Part shown: in pieces, positions 30,032 through 45,491 of the stretch
Position numbering within the stretch: the stretch's first letter is position 1
Layout: every line of letters starts with the position of its first letter
From: Octopus vulgaris
Lineage: Eukaryota
Length of the DNA stretch: 64,000 bases
Assembly (NCBI GenBank): GCA_951406725.2
Contig: OX597835.1
Location: forward strand, 18,476,001-18,540,000
Direction: 5' to 3'
Program-made: the position numbers and the translations under genes
Notes under the pieces: generated by a model
The model's input: the letters and a program-made list of their open reading frames with translations, nothing else
Told to the model about the DNA's origin: nothing
The model's database searches: none

Positions 30032-30617
30032 GTATATGTATATGTGCGTGTATGTATATATATAAACGCATATGTTCAAATGCATTTAGATTGTTACAAA
30101 TGTGATTGTGTTCAAAACGAAAAACGAATACACAAATGCTAAGTTGTGATGGCGTATTCCTACATCATGTAGAAACCCCCCTCACACACATATATGCATA
30201 GATATGTACGTGTGAGTTTGTGTATGTGTGTATATGTGCCTATATATATTCATAAGTATATATATATATATGTATGTGTATGTGTGTGTGTGTCATATCC
30301 TCCCAACCCACTCCAACCCATTCGCGACCTTCTCAATTCTCTACTCTCCTTCCTCTTACACATACTTTGTCTGTAAGAGTACCTGTATAATCATTGCATT
30401 TCCTTACAATACACTTTTCTTGTACATCTTTTCTTGCACTATTGTCTCTTTCTGCTTCGTTTCCCGATCACTCCCTCAGTCCCTCGTTTCCTCTTTCTAC
30501 CCCCCTTTTTCCTCCCAATTCTATACATATTCATTCCTTTCTTAGTAGCTGACTTACGGCTCTGACCATATATATTCATCATGAGTATTTCCGCGAACTG
30601 GTTTGTATGTTGAAATG

Positions 30618-30696
30618 TTTTAACTGAGGAAGGTTTTACATAATGGATGCATATCCAATTTTATATAACGCAGACCTGAAACGTACGCTCTAAATA
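30618..30696 (+). ncRNA. Degenerate hammerhead-like motif in a Penelope pLTR-like island
   Basis: CTGAGGA-aggt...acct-GAAA-cgtacg-c-TC; one extra base before the cleavage site, weak stem I. Confidence 0.35.
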
Positions 30697-33325
30697 AATT
30701 TAAAATGTAACTACATTTTTGAGTTCTTTATTACAACGTTTGTATGCATGTATAACATTTTTACATGCACACACACAGACTCACATATACACATACGCAT
30801 AAGATTGAGCGTTGTGCACTGTCTGCTTGTACTAAATTGCTCATAAGATAAATTAAGGTGACAAAGGTTTGCGTAAGGTACATTTTTCCAAAGATCAATA
30901 CTTTATGTTTGACTTTCAAAGAGCAATGCTTAATATTCATAGATAAGTGAACAGTGCAAATGTAAGAGCTGATAGTTTTAATGGCTGTGCCTTTCCCATT
31001 GAAGTAGACCTAATGGAGAAAAATCTACACTCTCATACGAGATACTAGATATCACAATGAGATGTTCTTCGAATCAGACACTGTTTATGGTAGTAAAGAA
31101 AGATCTGTATGATAATTCGACCTTAACTGATAGATTCGTAGACAAATAATGGGTTCGCATTTTCTGTCTTCGGTGTTAAAGCAGCTCCATCATGTTTGAA
31201 ATGAGGTGAGGTTTGACATCAGCAACATCAAGAGGAAATACATCTGTTTTGGTAAGTAATTGATGGGCCGCAACGTTGGCAATCAGTTTATCCGATGTAG
31301 TAGTTAAGAAATCACTCTCAAAACAACATTCAATGAACCGAGAAAATTTTATAAATTGAATATTAAGACTTCGTGGAGCGAATATCACAAAGTGATGAAC
31401 AAGTCTGTTTCATAAAGATTAGATGCATTCAGCTTATATGTACGCGTGAGATCTACTTCAATCATACGTGATAAACGAGAACAATAAGGAACATTTTTGT
31501 CGGCAATCAAACCTGTTATTGAACGTAGTCAAGTATCATTTGATAACAAACTACGATGTATAGGATTTTACTTGTCAGATAATTATTGATAATGTATTAC
31601 AAAAGAAAGAAGCGTGTAAATTATTACAGACTCATTTAACTTTGCACTGATCGGCCTGGTTTTTGTGGGTCAGCGTTAATCTAGTGTTAAATATTTCCCA
31701 TCAAAATCAACAGAAAATAAGCACGAATAAAACTGGTATAACGAAATAGGGAAAGTTAATGACATAAAGGTCAACGGTAACTCCCGTGAATTGTTTGTAT
31801 TAACTTCTAGAGAGAGAGGAAAAGTATAAATTCTTCAACACGTTACTGTATCTACATTTTGATATGTCTTGCTCGACCATGAAATATTAAATATCCACGA
31901 ATCTTAAACAATGTGTAAGACCGTTTTCCATACATATCACAGTTATGCGAATTTGCGTAACCCAGTTACGATCGCAGTTAACATTGCGGCGTGTTGTGCA
32001 TTTGATCAAAACACTTCGTTTCCCATTGTTCCATTTTGAAAATTCGTATCTGCTGACTCCAAGTGCAGCTCATTCTCCTTCCATCAGTCAATTCTAGGAT
32101 GTGACACTCACTTAAGTCTCGAAAGAGACGTGAGGTAGTTATATTGACGACTACAAAGACGTCTGAAATAAACCATATTTGTTCAAAGCTAGTTGCAGGC
32201 GTTAAGAAAGAAAAATGAAAAGAGACAACGATGTTTTTTTTTAATTTAGTGCGATATGTTAACTGTAAGGGCATTTCGAGCTAATATTAACGAATATCTG
32301 CACCACATAATGTATATGTAGATTATTTGCAAGGACAGTGTTTCCATATTCAACACCTTTCTCCCAGTATAATATTGGGAGTTCATTATGATACTGGGAG
32401 TTCGTTAGCAATTGTGTGCACATTTAATTGCTTACATTTAATTGCCTGCAATGACTGATAATAACATCCTTATGGATTTGGTTCTAAGCAAGTTCATATA
32501 TGTAACACATCAGTGCCAGTCCAGGGATTCCCAAGTGTTTCGTTTCAATTCTCTTTCCTGCTACAGAATATATCCAACAGTTCTAGCAAGATTGTTCAGC
32601 AATAAATAACATATAAAGACACGTTGTTTACACATGTCGAGTGACATACATTGTTCACTAAAAGTCAGAAGTCATATTAAATAGTACACTATCGTAGGTG
32701 GAATGCGACACTGTAAAAGAACAAGGAATTGATTTTATAATACAGTCCCAGAAAATAAGATGTCTGGCAAGAAAACGGCGTGCTAATAGCTCATAATTAC
32801 TTCCTTTTATCAGATGGCTAGAGGACAATATGTTCATAACAAAGAAGCCATCCTTTCATCATATGGTGGCAACACGTCGCGGTGTCTACTAAAACACATT
32901 GCATTTTATCCTATGGCTAGAAAACGTCATTGGTAACTGTTGGAAATCGTGTCTTTTATCGTAACTCAGCTGGATTTTCAGTCGCATGGCACGTGACAAT
33001 GGGAACATGATCTGCCCTCTGGTGGTGGAATAGCAAATGTAGTGTTTCAAACCTTAAATTTAATATTTAATGTTTTGACATCAAAATTGCTACTCGCGTC
33101 TTTCATCTATATCGATGTTTAAAACTATAATTGGTGTTGTTCATATTGTCGTTTTGTCAAAAGATTCACGTAATCAAATACACATTTCAGCCACAACCAT
33201 ATTGATATTTCATCGCTATTTTTTTAATATAATCGTAAAAGTACACAGGCGATGTTTTTTTTTTATAATTCATGTGTAAGAAAAATTCAAGATGAGATTA
33301 GTGAGACTTATTTTCCAACCATATA

Positions 33326-33496
33326 GACGTAGGAGTGGCTGTGTGGTAAGTAGTTTGCTTACCAACCGCATGGTCCCGGGTTCAGTCCCACTGCGCGGCA
33401 CCTTGGGCAAGTGTCTTCAACTATAGCCTCGGGCCGACCAAAGCCTCTTGAGTGGATTTGGTACTCGGAGACTGAAAGTATCCCGACGTATATATG

Positions 33497-33529
<33 letters not shown>

Positions 33530-33776
33530 GTGTGAGTGTGTGTGTGTATTTGCGTGTGTATATTTGTGAGTGTGCTTGTCCCCCCAACATCGCTTCTCAA
33601 CCGATGTTGGTGTGTTTACGTCCCCGTAACTTAGCAGTTCTGCAAAAGAGACCGATAGAATAAGTACTGGGCTTACAAAGTATAAGTTGTGGGGTCGATT
33701 TTCTTGACTAACAAAGGCGGTGTTGCAGCATGGCCACAGTCCCTTGACTGAAACAAGTAAAATCGTAAAAGAGTAA
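33326..33776 (+). mobile_element. SINE family A
   Basis: Reverse orientation copy of 19501-19903. Confidence 0.9.
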
Positions 33777-35069
33777 CATTGGCCAGCCTGTATTTTTATA
33801 TTCAGGTTACTGTATCCAATGTTTCCTATATTTAAGACCAGAATGTTAAGAATTCAAAGTGATCAGACTGTTCTTTTTGGAGGGTCGTGCTGCCACGCAG
33901 AGATTCTTCGACATGAAGCACCAACTCAGCTCCGAATAGTAAGACCCACGAGGAAAAAATTGATCTCCTAACGGGTACCATCTTACCTTTCTTTAGATAT
34001 TCTAAAATTAATGACACATAATAGTTCGTTGGGAGAGGCATATTTAGCTGTTACTTTTAGAAGTGCAAAGGAACACGTAGATAATCCCCGGAGATTATAG
34101 TTAATTGTTTTCACCATGCGTTACTGAACGTAATCCAGTGTCCTAGCAGAGGGAAGGCAAATTACTAAGTAAATGGATGGTGTTTTGCAACTTAACAAAT
34201 TGAGGAAAATCTATCAAAAACAAAAACAAAACAGAAAAATAATACAATTCTTCTCTTCTGCGATTATTTCAAATAGATTTCGCAGGAATTGGCCAGAAAA
34301 TGACAAATATATATATCTGTTTCAGAGAATGCTGAATGTAAACTGCAGCAGCAACGTAGAATTATTAATGCACAACCACGTCTGTTAACATACGGATACA
34401 AACTTTTACATCACTGCGGTTAATTGCAAACGTATGCACACTGGCAAAGGCTTGCATCACATATATGCATAAAGGTGCAAGTACATAAACAGATACTGTT
34501 GCATCTTAAGTACTCACGTACAACTGTAAACACAAAGAGACTTATATAGATATGCAAACACACGTTTACACAGACAGACTTGCAAACGGACATACATATG
34601 CAGATGTAAAGGAAAAAAAAACATTATTACACAGATGCGAACACGTACTGCATTATGTAGACGTCCAAGTATAAGCGAAACTTGTCACAAAACTCCAAAC
34701 GCATACAGACACTCGTACACTTGCAAACTCACACAAACACACAACTACGATGTGAACGTACACATACAGAATGACAAACTAGTAAACACAGACATACTTC
34801 AAATCACACGTTAACACAAACTTCTATAAACGTACACACCTACACAATATATAACACACATATATATATTTACGTATATATATATATACATATATAACAC
34901 ACATATATTTATATATGTGTATATATATATATATATAACACATATATATATATATTTATATGTAGGTATGTATATATATATACTTACATACACGCACACA
35001 AGCCTATGCATATATATACACATACATACATCTATATACATATATATACACACATATAAATACATATGT

Positions 35070-35177
<108 letters not shown>

Positions 35178-36124
35178 ATATATATACATATATGGACACT
35201 CGCTGATACATACATTCAGAAACGTACAAATACATGCTGTCACAGACATTTATATACAAACAGCTATATATAGGCTGAGACCAAATTTAATGCATCGTCA
35301 TTCTTGCACGATTCCTGAGTTGACCATGCAAGAGTTGAGGGAATATGCGGCCATGTTCTGATTCATAAATGAAAGACATATTATGGATTCCAAGCCAAAG
35401 TTTCAGGCCATCTGGGAATCTATTAATTATATCAATTCATGCGGCTAAGAAGGAAGGAAAGGAGGACGAAAACAAACATGGTAACGTAACTCTTCACAAA
35501 TCAAAGAACAAAATAAATATAAGCAAAAAAATAAAAATCAAGAAATGCATACAAGAAATCATGAAAAATAAATGAAAGTTTGGAAAAGTGATATAGCGAA
35601 ATGAGGAAGAGAAAAGAAAAAAACGAAACGAAACGAAACGAAACAAAGAGAAAACAGAAAACGAAATTAAACTGATGATGAGGTTGGCATTGGGAATCAG
35701 AATGCGTTTCGTTAGTTGAGTGGTTGCTAGAACTGAGGTGACCATAAGAGAGAATTTTTCAAGAGACTGCAGTAATTGAAATCAGAGGATTCTTGCACAA
35801 ATCAAAAATTGATTAGGGAAAGAAAATTCTGAGATAATGTGCAGCAAGGAAAAAAATAGAAGTCAAGAAAGCGACTAGAAGGAAATTGGGAAGAAAAAGT
35901 CAGAAAGCAAAAAAAACCCAGAAAACAAAAAAAAACAAACAAACAAACAAAAAACAATAACAAAAAAATAACTCATGAATCTGAGAAATACTCCAAATGC
36001 GCCAAATGAAATATATAGGGGCTGTTGCTGTGTGCAAAGGAGTTAAAAAGATGAGTAAAAATAAACAGAAAGAAAAATACACAAGAAGAAAAGGAGTGGA
36101 GTAGAAAGAGTGTTTTAAAGTCTT

Positions 36125-36164
36125 GAATAATAATAATGATAATAATAATAATAATAACAATAAC

Positions 36165-36262
<98 letters not shown>

Positions 36263-36309
36263 TAATAATAATAATAGTAATAATAATAATAATGATGATA
36301 ATAATAATG

Positions 36310-36340
<31 letters not shown>

Positions 36341-36345
36341 TGATG

Positions 36346-36438
<93 letters not shown>

Positions 36439-36440
36439 AT
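36125..36440. repeat. Long (AAT)n trinucleotide array (similar arrays at 7960-8080, 21015-21140, 25180-25575, 42340-42630)
   Basis: Directly visible. Confidence 0.95.
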
Positions 36441-37736
36441 AAAATTGGTCAACAAGAATTATTGAAAGTAAAGGTCCAAAGAAGAGGAATTTTAAGAAAT
36501 GAAATGCAGAAGCATATAAAGCCAGGTAGCTGTGTTGCAAACGAAGAATTAATTTTTTTTTAAAAAGGGGGCGTAAAAATTAAAAGAAAAATAACTGGAC
36601 AAATTGCTGTATGGAGAGAATGAGAGGCAGAATCAGGGAGAGTGAAAGAAAAATACTGTCCTTGAGAGAGCGCGCGAGAATAGTGGGGAGAGAGGGAGGG
36701 AAGAAAGAGAAAGTGAAAGAAAGAGCTGAGTGAAAAATGAAGTGGTTATAATAGAGACAATGAGACCAGTAATTGAACGAGCGCTTTTTAAAGGGTTCTT
36801 TCCCATTAATTGACAGGGTCCCAACACCAACGCTATGACCCTACAAACGAAGATTCACACTAAAAGCTTTTCGTTTTTATTTTGAAATTAGGTTTTCTTT
36901 CTTTATTTTTCCTAACAGTACGTCATTAATGGAAGAAATCTGTTATAAACACAACAAAATCTCATAAAAATTGTTAAATAAAGAAACAAAAAGCAGCATT
37001 TTGGTGCAAATAGAAACAAAATGCTAGGGAGCTTCTTCGGGAAGACTAATAGGACATTACTTAAGAAATACAAATCTAGTCATGACATCAGTACAAAGTT
37101 TCAGGGTAGCGTGTTTTACAGAACTGTCATTTAAGAGTACACATCTACAAATGAGTGTAACTCGAAGAGTTAACGCGAGATTGTGTTGATATGAGATAAA
37201 CAACAGAAACTTTTGATCGACCTCACATCTAGGTTAAGGAAATTCTATAACCCGAATATTTTGAATGTCAAACTGGAAAAATATGGCGTCTGATAAGCTA
37301 ACTTAATCATTTATAAGGAATATAAGGAAAATAAATTAACAGCGCCGAACATATTTTGGCAAACGAAGGAAAAGATATGCATGACATTAAACACACCAAA
37401 ATCTTAAAACTCTTAAGATAGTATTAAGCACATAAATTAACCAATAGTTAGAACGTGCATTGGAACGACTAAATTCAATTTCGTATATGATGCCAACGAA
37501 AAATCTTCAGAAATATCCGTAAAGCGTACGGTTGAGCAACCTATCAGCACCATTTCACAGAGGAGAAGAAAAATAGGGATATGAGTTTAAAACAAGATGA
37601 AGAACAACGAATCTGACGGGATTGTGGATGAAAGAATCAAAATCGTACCAAAAGAATGAAGAACAAAAACCTCATCGCATGTTTCTGTTAATCAGGACAC
37701 GAGAATAAATACCGCTAACCTCAGAGAGAAATTGAG

Positions 37737-37834
37737 AATACCAAACGAGTTCCCTATGGATACCGTATTTATTACAACGAGTGGCTTGTAGAGTTGTAAT
37801 AAATACGGTATCCATAGGGAATGAGTTTGGTATT
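37737..37834. repeat. Hairpin with perfect 29-bp core arms and 14-nt loop
   Basis: ttccctatggataccgtatttattacaac / gttgtaataaatacggtatccatagggaa, with imperfect outer extension. Confidence 0.9.
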
Positions 37835-37927
37835 TTATTTATTACACACAAATAAACGACCATATTTTATTAACCCAATAACTAAATTCTTCACATTTAG
37901 TTGTAACTTATGAATGACAAAAGTAGT

Positions 37928-38086
37928 GCCGTCACCGTGACTTCGGGTCATCACCATGGATTGACCAATCAGAAGCAGCGCTGTCACCGTGACCTCGGGT
38001 CATCACCATGGATTGACCAATCAGAAGCAGCGCTGTCACCGTAACCTCGGGTCATCACCATGGATTGACCAATCAGAAGCAGCGCT
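37928..38086. repeat. 3 x 52-bp tandem repeat, each unit with a CCAAT box
   Basis: gtcaccgt(g/a)ac(c/t)tcgggtcatcaccatggattgaccaatcagaagcagcgct at 37931, 37983, 38035. Confidence 0.92.
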
Positions 38087-40074
38087 CGCAGTATCTGACA
38101 TATGTTAGATACCAAAAATATCTCAAAGTGTTCTCACTCACATGTGTGTAATAAAATCATTATTGACATCTTTAACAAAGAAGATAAACTGGATTGTGAC
38201 AGCTAGAGAGGAATATTACTTTTATCAATCATTGCAAAAATCATTACTAGAAATCTGCTGAATTAACTTACATAATCTGGTTTACGGCATTCCAGAATCG
38301 CCCTTTATATTATTTGTCCAGTTGCTGAATAATTACCTTCAACAAAAATGCATGGTTGAACATCCGTAAATGCAGCTGTGTGGAAAGAGCTAGTGAAATA
38401 TTGTTGCTCATAAAATACAATTCATTCAGGCAGCTTTTGTGCAACAAAATAAAGCCGATGTGCAGTGACATCTTTCCTCTAGCATATTAGTTTGACCTCT
38501 ATTTTGAGGTAGGCAGGCATGCATAATCGCTCCTTTGTTCTATAGTATATTCTTGTCAACCATATTTGCGCTACTTTGAGCCGAATCACACCTGATATCA
38601 ATCTATGTTATCATTCATATGTCAAACGATTCAACCGTGCAATATACAGTTCTAGGGCAAATACGACGACGTGGATCGAAATGCAGTTTTCAGTTAATAT
38701 TACATCTGGTGTTAAGGTAGTCAAATGCCAGAATTGGAAGCACGACGAGAAAATGCTTAGCGGCATTTCGTCTGCTTTTACGATCTGAATTCAACATCTG
38801 CTGAGGTCGACTTCACCTTTTGTCCCTTTCAAAATAAGTACCAGCTGAGCGATGGGGTAGATATAAGCGACTAAGCTCTTACCTCAAAATTACAGGTCAA
38901 GTGCCGAAATTTATATCCCATATCATATTTAGTGTTACTTTGGCAGAAGTACAGAAAATTACCGCCATTTTAGTTCCCCATATAAGAACATATCCCTAAC
39001 TTTCCGAATAATCAAAATAAACATTTTTCCAGAAACTGTACCCTGCGAGGTGGAGACTAAGCCTAGTTGTTCAGGTTCCTGTAGAAATGTTGATAGACAC
39101 AGGATGAAAAATTTAGATTTGAATAAAATGTGTCAGCCGAAATATTGGTAGTCTGAGGAGTTCGTAATGCAAGGATCATATTTTTATGGGACATTAAATT
39201 AACAAATATTAAAATAACACACAATGAAATAAAATAACAAAAACGGAAATTTGGCAAGTTATTTCACACTCTTTCGTATAGAGCTCTGTTAACTTAAATT
39301 AGAACTATATAACCAGAGACGTCTAGGAGAGAATATTGTGTATTCAGTGGTAGAACACATGGAAAATGATAATACTATTCTGCACATGCTGAGCCAGCCA
39401 ATATCACTGGATTCAAACTATTAAGCTATGCAATATCAAGGTCAAAGTCAAACTGTTGACGATAAGGCTCAAATATCAGTGCATAACGTGTGTAAGAAAC
39501 TTTCGTTGAAAGTTCGTGTAAGGAAGGCATCCTGGAATAGAATAAATGAAGAGGTACACAGACCGAATTAATGCAGTTTGGTAAGATATACATCATACTC
39601 GTTGGAGATATATTGACACAGTTGGAGACAGCGCAACTAGATAGAAACCGGCATGGTGAAATATGACAAAGTGAAAAATGTTTAAGTACTAGCAGGGATA
39701 CGCGGCTTTGTCCATGACACATGGAATTAAAGTAATAATCTTTTCTTTTATATTATCTCTAATGAACTGGAATGTGTATGATACGATTTTCATCAAAATT
39801 TCAGATTAAGAATTTTAATGAGGGTTCTTTCCCTCTTCACACACGCTAACAAAAATTCTAATCATTACATATTTATCCCATACTACACGTCTTTATGCCC
39901 AGATTCCAAAATCCAAATCTTATGAACCCTATTCAAATGTTTATGCCCCTGAAAGATGGAGCACATGGCGCTGTAAAATGTGAGAGTTAAGGCCCCTATT
40001 AGTGGATCTTAAAGTCAACCAGAGAATTTGAATTGTTGGGAATATTTTTGTGTCTTATATCCATTGTTCAATTT

Positions 40075-41770
40075 TCTTTGAAATCGGAAATATATGTATG
40101 TTCACTGGGTTTGTAAAAGAGAGCAAATTTACAGGAAAACCAAAAGACGAATGATCACAATAAGCAGTAAGCTACCCGACCCTAGGCGTTACCACTCTCC
40201 AATGTAGGATTCCTCAACATACAGGTGACGGGTACAGTCGTAATATGTATTACGGATCTATAACAACTGGAAGGGCGTGACCCAACTCAAATAAACAGTA
40301 ACAACTGCGTGACGCGAGGGCTAAGGGGAAATGAAAGCGCCACCTCTGGAGATTGTGAATGATCATTATGGTGATAGGCAACTGAGAAGAATAAATTTGT
40401 TGTATGTTGTAATCTGGCAAATGTCAATTGTTTTTTAAATATTGGCATTTTAGTACTATTTTTACCGGATTGTGCAATCCCAAGCGTGCTAGCTATGTTC
40501 ATTTCCCCCTCTTTGAATCACTAAAGTCATGGATTGCGTTGTCGTCCGCGAACGGATTTGCTGTGAAATGCAGGAGCTCTGTCTATTATACCTACAAGAT
40601 CATCTGACAACACACAACAGTTACTCCTTGGATCTGACTGGGATCCTCGATCCCTCATAATGTAATCGCCCATTAACTGAGCAGAATAATGATACGTACA
40701 TGCAATTATGTTCCAGTAGTTGCTGAATTAGCCAGGGACGTCACTAAATCTTTTAAGCCAAATAGTTATTTAATTGTTCAACGTGAGTTTGAATATGCAC
40801 AAATAGAACCAGTAAGGATATGGGATTTTGATTGAATTGACGAAAACGCTTCATAATATGAATATATATTCGTAGAATTTAGAAACTGGTTATAGCAAAT
40901 ACATATTTCCTTTAGATCATTTATAAAGATATATATATATATTTATTTAGTAGAGACTCCATCGATCTCCTAGTAATATTCGTTTTACGAGGTATTGATA
41001 TATCGATAAAGAGCCAATTTTTTTCATTTTAGTAGAGCAATAATTCTCAATTATGTTACATTGGTTGTGGACAAGATATCAAACCACAGATTATTGGCAT
41101 ACTACTCATAGAAAATCTGAAGGACCTATTTATGAAAGGCAAAAGTTTAGGAGAAAACAAAGAGGAAAAAAATTTCTACATGCTGTTATTAATCATATCA
41201 GCATACAATAACATTATAAAAGACCCGTTTTCAAGACGCCAAACATTAATAGAGATTTTTTCCCAAAGCCTTAAATTATATTCTATACATAGTCCATAAT
41301 ACAGAAGAAAACTAAAATTCAACACAGAAAATCCTTACTGCTCACCTTTTGAGCAAATCTACGACGTTCCTTCAGATTTATCGCAAGTTTAGTCATAATA
41401 TCGGATACCTTAGCCATAATTTTCCATTCAGCTTAACTAACGCTTCACGTAATATTATCCTCTCGGGTCTTCAGCGTTTAATGTAGTATTCCTTATATTT
41501 GGCGCACATCCTTGTAGTATTTATTATCGACCATGCATTTTTAAGCACATCATATGCAACAACTTGATGGTAAACGAGAAAAAAAAAAACCAGTTAAATC
41601 TTTGAAATCGGAAATATATGTATGTTCACTGGGTTTGTAAAAGAGAGCAAATTTATAGGAAAACCAAAAGACGAATGATCACAATAAGCAGTAAGCTATC
41701 CGACCCTAGGCGTTACCACTCCCCAATGTAGGATTCCTCAACATACAGGTGACGGGTACAGTCATAATAT
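40075..41770. repeat. ~172-bp direct repeat pair (40075-40246 and 41599-41770)
   Basis: tctttgaaatcggaaatatatgtatg...ggtacagtc(g/a)taatat, few mismatches. Confidence 0.9.
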
Positions 41771-42074
41771 ACATTGCCCAAATAATCAAAACTAAACTTT
41801 CAAGTTCACTTGACTGACAAGTGTGTTACCATTGTATTACATTTACAACTTTGTCGTACCCCCATTTCTTATATTCTTCCTGTGCCAAGTTGCGGTATTC
41901 TGCAACAATGTCTCCCTGTCTCATTCCAAGTTCCAGAGTCTCTAGATATTTCTGATTCAATCACACCATCCGGTGTCGATATAATCGATTCATTCTCTCT
42001 AACAATGTTGCCGCCCTTGTAGCAAAGTTTGAAACCATTATTATTATCATCATCATCATTATTATTATTATTAC

Positions 42075-42336
42075 TTTTTTTTCTTCGTTCAAATTTGCTT
42101 CCATTTCTTGCCGAGTGTCTTCCCGACTCCTAGGGCAAAGAAACTCATAGTATACATTGGTAGGCCATTAAACCAAACTCAATAGTTCGTTCATTTTTTT
42201 TTTTTAAGTTAAATTAAAATACATGAGCAGCAACAGTTCTCACATCGACAATGCTCTTCTCAATACGTGTGACATGTACCAGTTAAGACAATATTTGTAC
42301 TTCTTGCAGGGATGGTAAGCCAGGGATCATTCTCAT
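42075..42336 (-). mobile_element. 3' end of RLE-type LINE in (TAA)n
   Basis: MIPGLPSLQEVQ/IVLTGT/HVLRRALSM* parallels the C-terminus at 25673. Confidence 0.7.
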
Positions 42337-42342
42337 ATAATT

Positions 42343-42422
<80 letters not shown>

Positions 42423-42459
42423 ACTAGCAAGAACCACGCCTCGGATAACCCTCATTGGC

Positions 42460-42564
<105 letters not shown>

Positions 42565-43035
42565 CATTATTATTTTTTTTTATTATTATTATTATTATCA
42601 TTATTATTATTATTATTATTATCATTATTATTGATTGTTATATTTATCATGATTGCTATCTGCTTTCTCCGAAAGTAACATTTGGCCGTTAAAGATTCCA
42701 TATATTTTCTGATGTTATCCTCCACCACACCACTTATCTCCTCCCGCGCCGCCCCTCTTTCTTCTCTGGAAATTCCGTCAAGAAAATCTGTCGAAAATCT
42801 GCTTGCTGTAACTTAAATACCTTTCACGGAATCTCCAATCCTGGCCATCCATACTAAGATCAGTCATACACACAGACACACAGACACACACACACACACA
42901 CACACAGAGGCACAGCTGTACAGATATAAACAGAAGTATATATAAAGTATATGAATGTAAACCCACATACACATACAGAATGAGACACACACACACACAA
43001 TCACGAGCAAACGCACGCAAACACACACGTACGCA

Positions 43036-43072
<37 letters not shown>

Positions 43073-44050
43073 TCACGCACACACACTACCAAGCACATAC
43101 TCGCATGCACACAGACTCGCATGTACATACGCTCGCACGCACATACACATACTCGCACGCACATACACACACTCGCACGCACATCCACACACACAAACAT
43201 GCACACACAACCATGCACACACAAAACGGTATCTAAAGATATAAACCAACACTTAAAACTTCAAGATAGATATGCAAGAATATACATAAGTATACTACTG
43301 ATAGTCAGTCTCACATGCACACTATGATACTTACATGGACAATGATACACACACATAACATACATATCTACAAGAATACACACACATACGTGAACACAAA
43401 CACCCTTGCACGCACAGAAACACGCATACACACCTACATTTGAATTCATTGATACACAAACACAGATACACACAGACATCTAACCGACAAAATCGTATAT
43501 ACGTAGTACAGAACACACACAGAATAAGAAAGTTCTTACTCCTATACAGACGTAACATACACACACACACAGATGCTCACATGCAGTCACACACACACAG
43601 ATGCTCACATGCACTCACACACACTGAAAAACTCACGCATCTTGTCTTCCATTCTTCTAAATAATGCTACAGAATCTCACGTGCGCATACACCACTTAAA
43701 CACACACAGACACACACACACACACACACGCACGCGTGCGTGTAACATATCAAAGCATACAGAAACATCCCATCAGCAACAGATTTTCGGTTTTAAACAC
43801 ACAGGAAAATAATAACACCATTAGAGAAAGAACAACAACGACAGCAACAAATAAAAATAAACAGCAACAACAAAAGCAACAATGCAAAATACAAAAAATT
43901 CAAGGAAATGAAACAAGAAAAAAAATAATAAATAAAGGCAAAACACAAAGAATAAAAAAAAAAAAGAAAAATTGAAAACTCTACAGAATAATAAAACAGC
44001 ATTAAAGAGACACAAATACAAGAGTGTGATACATATACATACATATATAT

Positions 44051-44115
<65 letters not shown>

Positions 44116-44245
44116 CATACATGTATATATACACATGTACATATACATACATGTATGTGCTTATGTGCCTCTGTGAGCTTACACGAGAGCACATACACAC
44201 AAACATAGGGACCCACGTTTGTATATATATATATATATAATTACA

Positions 44246-44312
<67 letters not shown>

Positions 44313-44771
44313 ATGTCTACACACGGAGGTACACGTGTGTATGTATATGTGCATACAAGTAAACCGTAACAAGAGGAGAGTGGGAAAAAAACAAAATGAA
44401 GGCAAAACGCGAGTTTAATGCTTTCGACTTTGCTTAATACGGTAAACTAATAAGGCCATTATTACTGCGGTGAATTGGACAATTAAAATGATAGAGTCGG
44501 AATACTAAACAATACACGTTTCTGTTTGGTAATGCCGTAATCTTCGAGTAACCGAGAACTGTGAACAATACAAGAGACTTAGAGAAGGACATCAGTGCAG
44601 CAATATTGATTATTAAAACTAGCGCTGAAAGAAAAGAAAAAAACAGACAACGTCTGTTAGTGTTGGAATATGAGTTTTATTTTTTATATGTGTGTGTGTG
44701 TGTGTGTGTTTATTGTGTGGATATATTTATTTATGATTTTGTCTGCTCCTCATCTCCTTGCGTATACACAC

Positions 44772-44965
<194 letters not shown>

Positions 44966-45213
44966 CGTGAGTGTGTATAAATATATATATGTATATATTT
45001 GATGCATATACACAGTAATATATTGCTATAACCACTGACAACAATATGCGTATACTCATCCACATATTTGTATTTATACATTCATTTTGTATATTATAGT
45101 ATATATTTCTATCAATCTCTATCTATATGCCTATCTATCTATCTGTCTGTCTGTCTGGCTATCGAGTCTTTGTATCCATATATAGAAAGAGGCGGAGAGA
45201 TAGATAGAAAGAA

Positions 45214-45491
45214 AGAATGATAAGGAGACCCGTTTTTATGTTGTTTCTGTGTGTATGCTTTGTCTAGTCCTCATGTATATATGTGTCTATGTATGAAAAT
45301 GTGTTTGGCTAAGAACAATATATAGTAAATACATTCATATATAATCCGGAACAGATAGAAAGAATGATAAGGTGACCCGTTTTTATGTTGTTTCTGTGTG
45401 TATAATTTGTCTAGTCCTCATGTATATATGTGTCTATGTATGAAAATGTGTTTGAAAATATATATCAAATACATCATATATAATCCGGAAA
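45214..45491. repeat. Local tandem duplication, ~147-bp period
   Basis: agaatgataagg(a/t)gacccgtttttatg...taatccggaa at 45214 and 45361. Confidence 0.85.

Noticed and set aside
30950-31400. Possible very old Penelope RT on the minus strand
   Set aside because: Single weak motif (STSMGKAQP); no YxDD found
37928-38086. CRISPR-like array
   Set aside because: Head-to-tail repeats with no unique spacers; eukaryotic context
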